In this document: positions 13,292 to 25,900 of the stretch, one piece after another
Numbering within the stretch: the first letter of the stretch is position 1
Layout: the number at the start of each line of letters is the position of its first letter
Assembly (NCBI GenBank): GCA_001179505.1
Contig: CDMY01000248.1
Coordinates: 85,303 to 149,302 of the forward strand
Direction: 5' to 3'
DNA: 64,000 nt
Origin: Vitrella brassicaformis CCMP3155
Lineage: Eukaryota > Protista > Chromerida
The notes under the pieces: generated by a model
Databases searched by the model: none
What the model was told of the DNA's origin: nothing
Seen by the model: the letters and a program-made list of their open reading frames with translations, nothing else
Program-made: the position numbers and the translations under genes

Positions 13292-13460
13292 CACTGGAAT
13301 TATTATCCTGCACACAAGACAACTGCGCTCTGGGGGTGACTCTTTTTCCGGTGGGGCCACGCGCAGACTCACCAAATGACGAAAGGGCTCTACCACCTGC
13401 CCCTTTGGCCCTGCAACGCTCGAGAATGACACAGTTTTATGAGACGATCTTTCCCGGCTT

Positions 13461-13481
13461 AGCTCGCAGTCCAGCTCGCAG
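13461..13481 (+). promoter_or_regulatory. Paired AGCTCGCA motif upstream of the RRM gene
   Basis: agctcgcagtccagctcgcag lies about 130-150 nt before ATG 13610. Function is inferred from recurrence. Confidence 0.45.
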
Positions 13482-13609
13482 ACCGAGGCGCTTCACAAGT
13501 TGTGTTCAACAGACGACGACCCTGAGTGTATCAGACGACGCCTGAGTGTATCGAGTGTTATATCAACCGAAGATCTTGATCTTTCAGCCTTCTTTATGCG
13601 GCGCTAGTG

Positions 13610-15032
13610 ATGCGTCTTCCTGGCGCCTCGCGGTTCAAGTGGGGATGGGTGAAGCCCTACAAGCGGCGCACGGCCTCCCTCTGGCACTTCCCCGAGGTGA
13701 GTCCCCGCACCGGCCAGCCCATCGACTGGATGTACGATACGCCCAAGAGCGGCTACGAGGCCATCAAGGTATGGGGACCGCACACGCTGGAGCTCAAGGG
13801 TATGCCCATGGGCAAGACGCCGGAGTACATGCAGGAGCGCCTCCGCAGATTCTTCAGCAAGTACGGCCACATCCAGCACTGCAGGGCGCTGCCTCACCCT
13901 CTCGACCCCTACCAGTGTGAAGGGACGGCGTACGTCACCTTCCGCAATCGCTATGCGTCGCTCAAGGCCCTTCGTTCCCCTCTGCGTTTCCCCGACAGCC
14001 TGCACAATCACATAGTGCGGATGCGGCATCTCGACACCGACAAGGAGAACGACTGGCAATACATCTACAAGGTGCGGCACTACAACCACCAGATCCTCTC
14101 CATCACGAGGCAGCTCTACGCCAAACTCGCCCATGGCCCATGCCAGCTGAGCAAGGTCGCCGTCGGCCTCTACGAGCATGAGTACCAAGTGGGCAAGGAG
14201 TACAAGCTCGGCAAGCTGGGCGCCAAGCGGACGGCCGACCAGTCCATCATGCACCGCTTCAACAGCTGGGCCGCCTACCTGACCACCGCCCCCTTCTCGG
14301 ATCTCTTTGACGTGACGGGCAGCGACGCCGAGCACCCCTCACGGAGATGGGTGCGGCGGAAGATCGTCAGCGAGAGCTATCTGGAGAGGGCTCTGGTCAA
14401 GGCCGACATTGTGCTGTTCCACATGCTGGAAAGGGAGTGCACTGTGCACTGGCGCAAGGGGAAGCCGCCACTGCCTGAGTAAGCAAGCCACACAGTAAGT
14501 AGGACAGGAGGACAGACAGGGATGCATGTGTCGACGGGCTGTGTTGTGTCCGCCGTTGCAACCAGGTACGTCAAGAAGAACATCCTGTTCTGGGACCACA
14601 AGCCCCCCTTCATCGAGGAGCTGCAGATCTACTCGAGGCCAATCACCTTCTTCAGGCAAGCGGGGCGGGGAAGCGCAAGGCACGGAAGCCGTGATACTGA
14701 GGGTTCACACACCTGCCTATATATCGGTGCTGTCTGTGCTCTATTAGGATATACGACGAGAGTCATCTGTTCAAGCTTCGGCTCAAGCGGGAGAGGAACA
14801 AGAACAAGAAGGAGAGGCGAGCCGCCGTCAAGTGAGACAGACCACACAACACATATATACGGATGTCGTCGACGCGTCACCGTCGGTATTTCTTTCTTCT
14901 GTCTGTCTGGGTTTGTGCAGGCAGCAGCGTCAGATCCAGATGCAGCAGCAGGGCGTTACGCCACACGACCCTCTCCCACTTCCCTTTCAGCAGCCAGCGA
15001 CGAAGAGTCAGCCAGCAGTGGCTGCTACATGA
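13610..15032 (+). CDS. RRM-domain RNA-binding protein with basic N-terminus (possibly mitochondrial)
   Basis: RNP2-like LELKGMP and RNP1-like GTAYVTF. The long first exon to about 14478 is followed by exons YVKKNILFW..., IYDESHLFKLRLK... and QQRQIQMQ...AT*. One intron needs a GC donor. Confidence 0.8.
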
Positions 15033-15551
15033 ACTAATGTGCGAGGGAGTGTCTGCCCACCTGTCTGTCTGTGTGTACAGAGAGTGCTTGAGCTGGCTAG
15101 TACGGGCAGCCATGCATGTGCATGTTTTGATGAGCACATGTCTGTCTATCTGCCGATGTGGCGGGTTTTCCCGTCTGTCAGACTTGACACGTACGTTGGT
15201 TGCATCTGAATGAATGTGTTGGCTGCAAGGCCACGTGTTGAGCTCAATCCGTTCGTCCACACGTGTTGCGCACGTACACCCACACGTAGCGATCGATGAT
15301 GACACACATGCATGGCCCCGCCTCCTCGGCTGAAACGCAAGCTGCATTTGGCAAATCCAGCCGCGTCCTCAGACAACACACGGGCATCCAGCGTCGTATG
15401 CGTGGCCCCCACACACTCATTCGATTGCCTCATCTTCCGGCTCGTCAAACTTGGCTTCATCGGCGGCCTCTGCCTCCTGTGGGTGACACAAAGACACGAG
15501 CACACAAATAACAACACTTGCTTACAGCGTTGGTTGTTATGTACTCGTTTC

Positions 15552-18500
15552 TCAGTTTGTCACCTGTGCGGGCGGCGGTGCTTCTTCTTCCTCATCGAGT
15601 GTGACGGCCTCGCCCCTCTTGACTTTGTCAATCTTCTGCAGCAGTGAGTCGATCTTCTGCTTCAAACGCGCCACCTCCTTGCTCTCTATGTTCTTGGACG
15701 CCTGCAGATACATACGGGGAGAGGGAGATGCAGGTCCGTGCAGCTGACGTGTCCGTCGTTTCTGGGGGGTGGGGGGTGGCTCACGTCGTTGGTGATGAGT
15801 TTGACGCGTGACGCATACATGAGTGAGGTGACGGTCTCCTCCACGTTGTAGTCGGCGGGCGACACATTCACAAACATGAGAGTCTTGGCAGAACCACCTG
15901 CATGCACCAGGGGCCGACAGTCGCGCAGCACACGAGAGAGGCCGGCCCCACCAAAGCACATCCAGACGTGTGTCTCCATTCCACTAGCTCACCGAGGGAG
16001 TCGCTCATGAGTTGCGTCAGCTTGTGGTTTCGGTAGGGGATGAACGATTCGCCTGCATCAGAGACACCAGTGCGGGTGATTGTGATGGACATGGCCTTCG
16101 TGGTCGATGTTAGGTACCGGCCGAGAGCGCGGATATGACATCTCCGAGGGCTGACAGACTCTTGTTGATCTCACGGGCCTCAGCCAAACGCTCCTTGGTC
16201 GCATTCGTCTTGGACGCTGCGTGCATGCAGCCACATCGTACACACGCCCTGTCTGTGTCTCCCTGCTTCCTTCTTTCTGTGTCGTCACCTCTCTCTGAGC
16301 CTGCCAGATCGATGAATGACAGTTTGCCCGCCACTGTCTTGCCCGCCAGCGTGTCCTCGACGCGTGTGATGATCGAAAAGATCAAGTGGGACCGAGACGA
16401 CGTGGCATTCATCGACGTGGAGCCTGCACACAGACACAGCAGGCCTCTCGGCAATACACGCAGGCACTTGTCTCCTCCTCCTGACGTCCGCACCGGTGTG
16501 TCTGGCGTCGAGACCCCAGGCAAAGAGTTCCGAGAGTTTCGCGGCATCGTCGACGTCGCGCATGGTGATGTTCTGGACCTTGACCATGCCGCTGGCGTCC
16601 TTCTTGATGTCCAGTGAGGGCGGCTTGGCCTTCTGGTCCTTCGGCAACAACAGGTCCAGCAACTGATTGACCGATCACCAACAGAGACAGAGACAGAGAG
16701 GGACAATCCAATGTGTTTTTGTTCTTCGTTAGGCATTTGACCTGGTTGTTGTAGAGCTCGCACATGTAGCACTGTACGCCGACGTTGTACTGCTCAGGAT
16801 CGAACTTGGACAGGAGGTCGAAGAGCTCGCGGATGGCGCGCGGCGTGACACCCTCCAGGCCAGGTCCGCCACCCTGGATCGTGAACGTCTTGCCCGAACC
16901 TGTCTGGCCGTACGCGAATAGACACCTGCACACACACACACCAGAAGGGCGAGAGACACAAGCGATGCGGAGACGACACTGGCTTGCTTCGTGAATAGAA
17001 TCATGTGCCGGTGGATAGTAAGTAGCTTACACGTTGAAGCCATCGATGGCCGACTGGATCAGCCGTCTGGTGTCTTCGAAGACCTCCTCCTGTTTGCAGT
17101 CGGGCGGGAACGCACGGTCATACATGAAGTCTCGTGGACCCTGCAAAGCCACAGCGTAATGCAAAATTCGTTTTTGTGGCGCCGGTTGGGTCAGTCCAGT
17201 TCTTGTTGGCGCGTGCCTTGTTAGTGTCGACTCTCAGTGTGAACTCGTCGGTGCAGTCGACAACCATCTTGGAGCCCTTCTCGATCTCGTACTTGGCCAT
17301 TGGACGCACACGGCAATACACACGGATCTTGCCTGATAGAGAAGCAGCACACACCCACTGGTCCATTCAGGCTCCGTGTGCAGGTGGGTCATGATTGTCA
17401 CCCTTCATGTCTTCGATCTCATTGTAGTACTTCTTGCGCAGGAACTTCTCCTCCTGTTCACACGAGAGTCGGCCGACGGATGAGGCTGTCATGTGCATGT
17501 AGTGTCTGTTTCCGTGTGCTGACCTTGTACGCCTTGTCAAGGAAGACGTTCTCCTCCCTGAGTGTCTTGGTCTCCTTCTTTAGCTCCGTGAGCTCCTCCT
17601 TGACCGCTTGGGCCTCACCCGCCGTCTCGCGCAGCTCCTGATGACATACATACACAGGCAATGCCAGACAGCACTGTTTCTGAATGGCTGAACGCCGTCT
17701 GCTCTCGTTCCCGACCGTGAGCTCCTTCTGTAGTTTCTCTTCGCTGTGTCTGGTCTCTTTGAGGGCCTTCTTTGTTTCCTCGAGCTCCGACTCTGCCTTG
17801 GCGGCCCGCTCATTGGCCTTGGCCAGTTGGTTCTCGACCTTCTTCAAACTGTCCTCCGCACTCTGATGACACATAGAGACAGCAAAGGACGACAGTGCCG
17901 TGCCTCTGGCTGGTTGCGCATGGGATTGTGTCTCAAAGTCACCTTATCGGACTTGCTGATTTTCGCCTCGAGGTCTTTGATTTGTTTCTTGTAGCCCTGC
18001 TCCGTCTCTTTGAGTTTGAGCTCCATCTGCTTGAGGGCCTGGGGATCCGCTCCCTTGCCCGCCTCGGCCGTCTTTGCCTCCTTGACCCTCGTCTCCAGCG
18101 TCTTGGTCTTCTTCTTCTCGTCAGCCAGGGACTTCTCCAGCTGCCGGATCTTGGCCCTATCGGCGGCACTGCCGGCAGCAGCTCCGCCTACCGCAGCTCC
18201 TTTCGCAAGATCCGACATCAAGGCAGCCACCTCATCCTTCAGCTGCGGGACACATATGGGAGCGACGGATCGGTGTACTGGGCGCTGTCTCTCTAGTGTG
18301 GATCACTTACGGATTTGTTTTCTCGCTGGAGTGCTCGGATGCGCTCATTGGCTTCGTCGGGGAACTCTGTGTCCTCACTGCGAGACAAAGACAGAGAGCC
18401 GGCTAACATGTGAGCACGTATGCTGTTTCACTCACTCACCGCGGTGACTCCCTGGGTGACTCCCCCTCTTCAGTGACCTCCTCTCCCTTCCGTGGCGTCA

Positions 18501-21289
18501 CTAGTGTGGGCTCGCCCTCCTCTTCCTCTTCCTCAGCGCCCGCCTCACCCTCACCCTCGACCTCACCTTCCTCGCCCTCAGCCTTGGCCAATGCAGCACG
18601 AGCCTTCGCCCGTGCCACCTGAGCCGCAGCAGCTGCCTCCTCACCCTCACCTTCAACAGCCTCCTCACCCTCGGCAGCCTCCTCACCCTCCGCAGCCTCA
18701 CCTTCCCCAGCCGCCTCAACGCCCTCGCCCTCGCCCTCCCCTTCCCGTTCCCCTTCCTCCTCAGGCCGCTCCTTGGGTGCCTCCCTCGGTCGCTCTGGTC
18801 GCTCTTTCGGCTTCTCAACTACTACAGGGACAATAACCTCCGCAGATGGCTCGACAATCTCAGATGCGGCAGCCAACTCCCCAGACGGCTGCCGCAGTTG
18901 AGACAGTCGTGTCTGCACCGCTCTCTCAGCAGAAGGGGCCCTCTCAGGTCGGGCACGGGCTGCAGTTGCTGCTGCTGCGGCAGCGGCAGCCGCAGCAGCG
19001 GCCGCGACGACACGAGGTGGCGCCTCAGCTGCTTTGGGCTGCTCTTCGTCCACCACTTTTGCCTCTTCGACGGCCTTGGCGGTCGTGGGTGGCGCGGGTG
19101 TCTGTGGGGATGTGCCGAGAGCCTCCACATCGGACGGCAAAATCTGCACCTCCTGCATCTGGACCACAAGGTCCATCTGCAATCCTCGAATCTGACTCTC
19201 CAGCGCCGAGAACGCCTTGTACTTGTCCTTGATGGCCTTCTTGTCATCCTTCTCTGGCGGACGGCCGTTGGCCTTCTCAAATGCATCGATCCATCGCCGT
19301 ATGTCCTCCTGAACACCGTCACGGCGGACGAGCAGCTCGAACAGCGCTCCCTGTGTCTCGACGAGAGGCGCGAGTGAGGGCGGCAGAGCAGCTGCGGCCG
19401 CCTGGGCCTTGGGTGACAGCTCAGCGACAGTAACGGGCTTGGCAGGCTCAGGCACCGCCAGTGCAGGGGCAGTCGAGGGTCCAGGGAAGGACGGTGGCGG
19501 CCGGGTGAACTCCTCCTGTTGCCTGCGGATCTGCTCCTGGTGGTAGGCGGTAATCTCCTCAATGCGCTGCTCCACCTGCTTCTCTGCCTGCTTCTTCTCC
19601 ACCTCACGGCAGACCTGCTCCAGCAGACGTTCGAGCCACAGCTCCACCTGCTCGTCGCCGAGGGACTTGAGACGCCGCTCAACCGATACGCCGAATGTCT
19701 TGAAGAAGTCCAGGGGCTTTGCTTCTCTCTCTTCCTCTTCTGCTTCCTCCTGTATGGTGGCCAGGTCCTCGATGGTGAGGTTGTGCGACTTGCGGATGGA
19801 CTGGAAGCGGCGGCGAATCATCTCAACATTCCTCGCGTGCTCCGATACACGCTTCATCTCCGTGTCGTAGGAAGCTGCACAATCAGACAAAGGCGCCATG
19901 CTTTTGTTTGCCTGCCTCTTTTCACATGTGGGAGTGAGTCTCGTCTCACCTCTCATTGAGTCGAGCTCCTGTGTCTTCTCGTCTTCGATCTTCTGCATGT
20001 CGGTCTGGAACTGCATGGCGAGCGTTGCGTTTTCCTGCTGCAGCTCCGTCACTTGTCTGCGGAGGGCGGCGATTTGGTTCTGGAGGTTGGCTGCAAAACC
20101 CTCGTGCTCAGCCTTCTCGGCGGTGAGGACTCGGCGATAAGCCTTGATCTGCTCCTTGGCGCGCTTCTTGACCTCCCATAACTGTGGAGATGGGCGGAGA
20201 CATAGCAAGGCACTTATATGTGTGTGGGCAGTGCCTTTTGTGGATAGCGCACCAGGTTTTCAAAGTGGACTTTTGTCTTGTGGTCGATGATCTTGAAGCT
20301 GGACTCAATCTCGGCAACGATCTCAATGTGCTGCCGAAACAGACAAAGGGCATTAGTCCAAAGGCATGTCTCACCATATCAGACACACGTGTCTCTGTCT
20401 GCAGTACCTGTTTCTTCATACGTTCCATGTCGTGCATGACGCGTTGCAGCTGCCCCTTGGCCACCTCAGCGGGCAGGTAGGCCTCCTCGTCCACCATAGC
20501 CTCACCCGCCTCAGCATCCTCAGGATTCTCATAGATCTGGCCTGGAGTGAAGTTGACCATCCTCACGCCGTCCCGCGTGCTCACCTCCTCTCCCCCCTCG
20601 CCGATGACCGCCAGCTCGCCATTACGGGTGGCTGTGCCCTCGTCCCCAATCTCGACTATCGGTGCCAGCTCGGAAGCGGCGGCTGAACTGCCACGCTGGC
20701 CACGATAAGGGCTCTCCCGCTCTCTACCGAAAGAGTCGGTCTCTTCGTGTCGCAAATCAGTGAGAGAGGCTCCGGCATGTAGGTCGGGACGCATGTAGGG
20801 AGGCGTCTCGTCGGTGAGGTTAAGCTCCAGCTCCGGCGGCCGCCTGGGCTCCTCCTTCCTCTCCTCCACCACACCCGGCAACACGACATCCCTCCCCTGT
20901 TGGCTGGCGGGGCTCCCCGACGCGTCGTATGCCGGACTGCCCTCCCCATGCTCCGACGCGTCGTAACTGTCCCTTCCTGCGGCCTCCCCCTGCTGCTGTT
21001 CATCTCCCCAACCTTCCCGTGCAGCGTCGGCCGATGGATGGACCCTGCTCATTCCGTTGGTTGTAGGCAAGATAGCAGTGAAGGGCAGCTTGAGAGTGGT
21101 GATGGGGCTCGGGTCGTTGCCCTCGCGATGAGCGACGATGGACCGACGCCTGGCTACGTTGGCAGCAAACGTTGAAGAGGACACGGATTGGGCCCTCTGT
21201 TGGCTCCTCTCGGCTGTGTCGAGGAGGTCGGGTCCGGTTCCTTCGTCTGTAATCGAGACGCTGTGGAAGCGGATGGATCCTGCTATCAT
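15552..21289 (-). CDS. Kinesin-14, KCBP-like, with C-terminal motor, long coiled coil and putative calmodulin-binding helix
   Basis: Neck [24 protein letters not shown]-loop [11 protein letters not shown], switch I SSRSH, switch [38 protein letters not shown], and post-motor [15 protein letters not shown]. Confidence 0.93.
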
Positions 21290-21469
21290 ATACTCGCCGA
21301 CGCGCGGGAGAGCCTCAGGCGACTGCCGCCCCTACACCAAGGAGCATGCAGTCGACCTAGCCCTCAGAGAGCAGCAGCTAGGCAAGCCAAGCGCCGACCA
21401 ACTGACTGAGAGCTCGGGGAAAAGGGAAAGAGAGGAGACTTGAATGTGGTGGGTTCTTGGCCCATTTCA

Positions 21470-21490
21470 AGCTCGCAGTCTTAAGCTCGC
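21470..21490 (+). promoter_or_regulatory. Paired AGCTCGC motif upstream of the DUF2470-like gene
   Basis: agctcgcagtcttaagctcgc lies about 125-145 nt before ATG 21614 and shares the 11-mer AGCTCGCAGTC with 13461. Confidence 0.45.
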
Positions 21491-21613
21491 CTTCAACAGA
21501 AGGAAATCGCTGCCGCTACAGAAGGAAGCCACAGAAAGGAGACAGCCAAAGACGGCGGCAAGAGGAGAGCTGTTGGTTTTGAGGCGAATAAGAGCGGGAT
21601 CTTGCCGGGATCT

Positions 21614-22606
21614 ATGTCGGAGCAAGCTGCAGTCAAGAAGTCCAGCCGGCGCGGCACTTCTCTGGATGAGATGTGTGCAAGAGCCAACAGCGAGAGGAGA
21701 GGGACGTTGCTTGCTTGCGCGTGGTGGCTGCATCGCGAGCGGACCTGTAGTGAGGCTCAGATGGTGCGGCTTGCTCGGGATGGTTTCGGGCTGATGTGCA
21801 CGAGAGAAGACGGCTCGACTACCAGCCACTTCCTCGCACTTCCCGAGAAACTGGAAGACACGGCTACTTATGCGGACCTGGAGCGGCAGCTGGACACCTT
21901 GTGGGCATCATGCAGCTGCTTCTCGTTCCCGAAGGGTGTGGCAGTGTTCTTTCTGCTCTTCACAACTGCAATGCTGCTGATAGCAGTTGTGGATTTCGTG
22001 TGGATTGGCGAGCGCAAGAGGGTTTCGTTCGGTCCAACCAAGACGATCCTGCGCACATTTGGCCCGCGCCCTGACCTCATCCTGTCTATTCTCTGCCTGA
22101 GCAACCTCCTGACCGCCTGTCTTGCCTACTTCTTCGCGGTGAAGCTGAGACTGTCGCTAGCGGCCCGTCTGTCGTGGTGCCTAGGAGGGCTCTTTCTTGG
22201 CTATCCAGTCATCACACGCTTGCTGATCCTGAAGCACCAAGTGAGAACGGGGGACCGACTTGACACGACCATGGGAAACCGGCGTGTGTGCTCTTCATTG
22301 TGTGACGCATTTGGACAGGTCGATCGCAACCCAGCTTACAAAACACCGAGTGTGACAACTCTTGCAATCCTGGTGAGATAGATGGCTGCTAAGCGAAATG
22401 CATCGAATCATGTTTCAGATGTGTGTGTTTTGTTCACTCTCAGGTTGCTTTGGCTGCGGCCGTTGTTGCCCTCGTGTTTGCCCTGCCGCCAGAGATGAAG
22501 GCTCAACTCATGATGCGCCTCGGTGCGATGTGGGACACGATTGTGGGCAATGCAGTGCAAAGGCACAACGACACGGCCACCGATCCCACGCACACATCGG
22601 AACTGT

Positions 22607-22608
<2 letters not shown>
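21614..22608 (+). CDS. Membrane protein with a DUF2470-like N-terminal domain and a TMEM254-like hydrophobic region
   Basis: AQMVRLARDGFGLMC...HFLALP...DLERQL resembles DUF2470. The hydrophobic helices ending LSWCLGGLFLGYPVITRL resemble the TMEM254 C-terminus. Two short downstream exons probably end ...HTSEL*. Confidence 0.55.

Positions 22609-22634
<26 letters not shown>
22607..22634 (+). repeat. (AG)n microsatellite starting at the stop codon
   Basis: Direct reading of the sequence. Confidence 0.95.
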
Positions 22635-22637
<3 letters not shown>

Positions 22638-22927
22638 AGGGGTGTGCATAGAATTAGCTGACTGGCTGCGATGCCTTCCTTTTTGAGGCAAGACTGGCTG
22701 ATTGCTTGCTTGTCACGTGCTCCACACACTGACCTTGCGAGATAACGTGGCGATTGTGTGTGTGTTGATTCCATCTGTCGACCGGCGAGCTACGGGTCAG
22801 GACCAGTGAGAGTGTGCAAAGAGTCGCTGTGCACTCACTCGTCATTTTGACAGGGGCTTGGCCGGTCGAGAGATGAATCTGATGCACACACACACATCAC
22901 AGTGGTCGCGAATGAATGCTGTTCTCC

Positions 22928-25900
22928 TTATGGCGGGCGATGCGTGCGGTGTATAGGCAAAGACGATGTCAATTCCGATTGGTATCTGTCAGTTGATTGT
23001 ACAATGGTGCCCTTTAGGCTGAGGACAGTACACGTACTTTGACCCAGGTATGAAAAATGAAGTATGGACACACATTCACTGTCCCAATAAAGCTCCACTC
23101 GAGACACATCACCAAAATACACACGAAAAACCATGCTAAAGTCTTCTTAGGCTCGCGAGCGCCACCATGCAAGGCGCCAGTACCCACCACCATGTACAGG
23201 GCTCCCTCCACCAGTCAAACCAGAACAGGACCGCCACAATATGTCTTCTCGTCTTTGTTCTACATGAGCGTCCCCCGTCACTCTTGGCGATAGCCAGGAA
23301 ACCAGGCGGCGGGTCACTCAGGTCAATTACCTCCTCTGCTTCGAAAAGGGTGGACCCCAGGGGTATGGAAGGGCGTTGGACAACTTCCTGTTCGACGGAA
23401 AACGACTGAGAGGGGTCGCCTGCTGACCACGACGCCTGCAGAAGGAGAGACACAGAGACATCGGCTCAGCTGACCTCTACTCGTATTGTTCTCTCACCTT
23501 AACGACAAGAGGACCTGAGATGGCCTGATTGTCGGCAGTAGGCTCGTTAGTCACGTAAACGGCGAGCCTCAGCAGAAAACTCTCGTCGGACCCCGTCCCA
23601 TTAGCCAAATGGTAAGATATCTTTATATCGTCCAAACTCTCGCCTTGCACAGCCTCCGCTTCTCCCTCCCCCTCGTCTATGTCCTGCCCAATCATTGGGA
23701 CAGCCGGGGTGTCAACCGTGGTATTTAGCTGCTCAGCTGGCTCCTCAAGGGAATCCGTGGTATTCAGCTGCTCAGCTGGCTCCTCAAGGGAATCGACTTC
23801 CTGAGGGGCCGCTGTGGACGCATCTAGTGTCGGGCTGTCTGGTACAGCAACGCCGCCTCCCCCACCCTCGCAGACGATGTTTGTCCTTCTGTCGTTGAGC
23901 AGGCTCTCAGGCTGGATCTCTGCCTGGCACGGCCTCGCTAGCTTGAAGGGACCACTCACATGGAAAGTCACAACGTCACCTGAGACAAGACTTCAGTGCG
24001 GAAGGCTCTCTGCGTGCACTGACTCCGATGGGATGCTGGGAGTACCATTGGTCTTTGGCCTCTTTTTCAGCCGAAGGGTGAGCCGAACCGCATGGGTGAT
24101 CTCGGGGGCCATCGAACTGCCCACATACGGAAGCGGACACACACGTAATTACACCCACACTCCTACTTAGTGCATACCGTACCCGATGGTAAGGCTTTGG
24201 ATGCTGTCGAACATGCTGCTGTCGCTCACTCGGAAGCCCTTGATGGCGTAGTTGGCGGAAACTACCATCCCGGACTCGGCCTGAAGGAGGCACACGTGGG
24301 TAAGACGACCCCTGTGTCTCTGCAAGGAGTATGATGGATGACCTTGACAACGACAGCGAAGGTAGGCACATCTTCTGTGGAGCTTGCTGGAGTCACCATG
24401 TCAATGTCGATGAAGAACTCGCCTATGCTGCTCCACCCAACAGGAAAGAGCTCGACCTTCTCAGCCTGTCGAAGATGCGCGCAGGTGCTTACTTCTCTGA
24501 TATGTCTCGTGTTCGTGTCTCACGTCAAGTGTGATGTTAGTGCCGATGCCCCCTGTGCGGATCTGCGGGTCGTCTGGTAGAGTGAAGCCCTCATACAAGA
24601 GGACTTGGATGGTGCCCTTCTCCACCGTCACAGTGGGCGTGAAGAAAAAGTGAGCCACGACACGGGCGGCCAAACTCGGCACATAAGATATCTAAAACGC
24701 AAATAAGATGTCTTAAGCCATCCATGTCAGTGTCACGTACCCGAGCCTTCATCTCCTGTATCGGTGGCGGCATCACTTGCTCGGCGATCATTCGGGGCAC
24801 CGTGCGGCTGACATCCTTGTAGCGATTACTCACATGGAGGCTCCATTGCTGGCCGGGAGTGTCAACATCCTCCACGCCGGTGTCGACGCCATTTGTGGCA
24901 TCGATAGTCTGAGGATGGTTGATCAGTATGAGCATATTGTGGGGCACATCAGCCTGCATAAATTACACGCAATGAGTCGAATGCATGTGGAAAAAGCCTC
25001 GCTCAAGGCTCACCGGGAGCGGCAGGTCGCCGTGTGTGACGGCCTTTGTGGGATCTGTGCCGTCACAGGTGAAGGTCCACAGGGTGACATTCCCGTTGTC
25101 ATCGGGAACAGCACAATCCTGTGGAAATGTCCACTCGGGAGGATGGACGATCTCAACTCGCACATCAATCGAAGGACCACCTAACCACGACGTCGAAGTA
25201 AAGGCAAACGCATCATCCCATCGTGTCTCCGCATGCCTTGCCTGCATCGATTTGAGGCGTGAGCGACAGTTGCCATCGTGCGTCTTGTGCACCGACGGCT
25301 GTGGAGTCAAGTGGTGTCCACGTGATGGACGTAATGTAGCCCTGAGGATAGCCTGTCCCCTCACGGCCATCACTGCCCTCCACAAACTGACACACAGAAT
25401 ACGAGACGGAAGGTCGCCTCGGGGTCTCTTTTTCGGTTCCACCTGATTGACGCTTCTGATTGCATATACGTAGACGATGAACTCCTTGAAGCTTGTGGTC
25501 AGCCCCTGCACTGTCGGATGAGCCTGATCCTTGCTCACCTCCTCAGCAAAGATAAATGACCTGCATCGAGAATAAACGCATAAGGGACAGAAATGCGTTA
25601 CTTGGTCTTCTGTTACTTACCACTGCCCATTCTCGTCGAATGTCTGGTCGCCCGGAATCTCGAATGTCATCGACATGAGCACTGGGGTGTTTGATCCAAT
25701 GCCAGCCACAAGTGGCCACTTCCTGAATCCCGACGTTCCCACTGGCTCGCCCTCTAGGCCGATGAAGCCTTCAGGGTCATTGATGCCTGGGAAGGCGTTG
25801 GTCGGCTCATAGGCTGTTGCTCGCAGACCCACCAGCCTGAAGCCTGTGAATTGCAGAGGCGATTTACATGTTGGGAGTGTATGTGAGCTCGAGATACACT

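Noticed and set aside
13604-14335. 243-aa minus-strand ORF
   Set aside because: Antisense shadow of the RRM exon, caused by GC3-rich codons; no motifs.
15230-15295. Cluster of CACGT(G) E-box-like words
   Set aside because: It lies between convergent 3' ends in CA/GT-rich sequence where such words arise easily.
18501-19682. Overlapping Arg/Ser-rich ORFs within the kinesin tail
   Set aside because: Off-frame readings of an Ala/Glu-rich exon.
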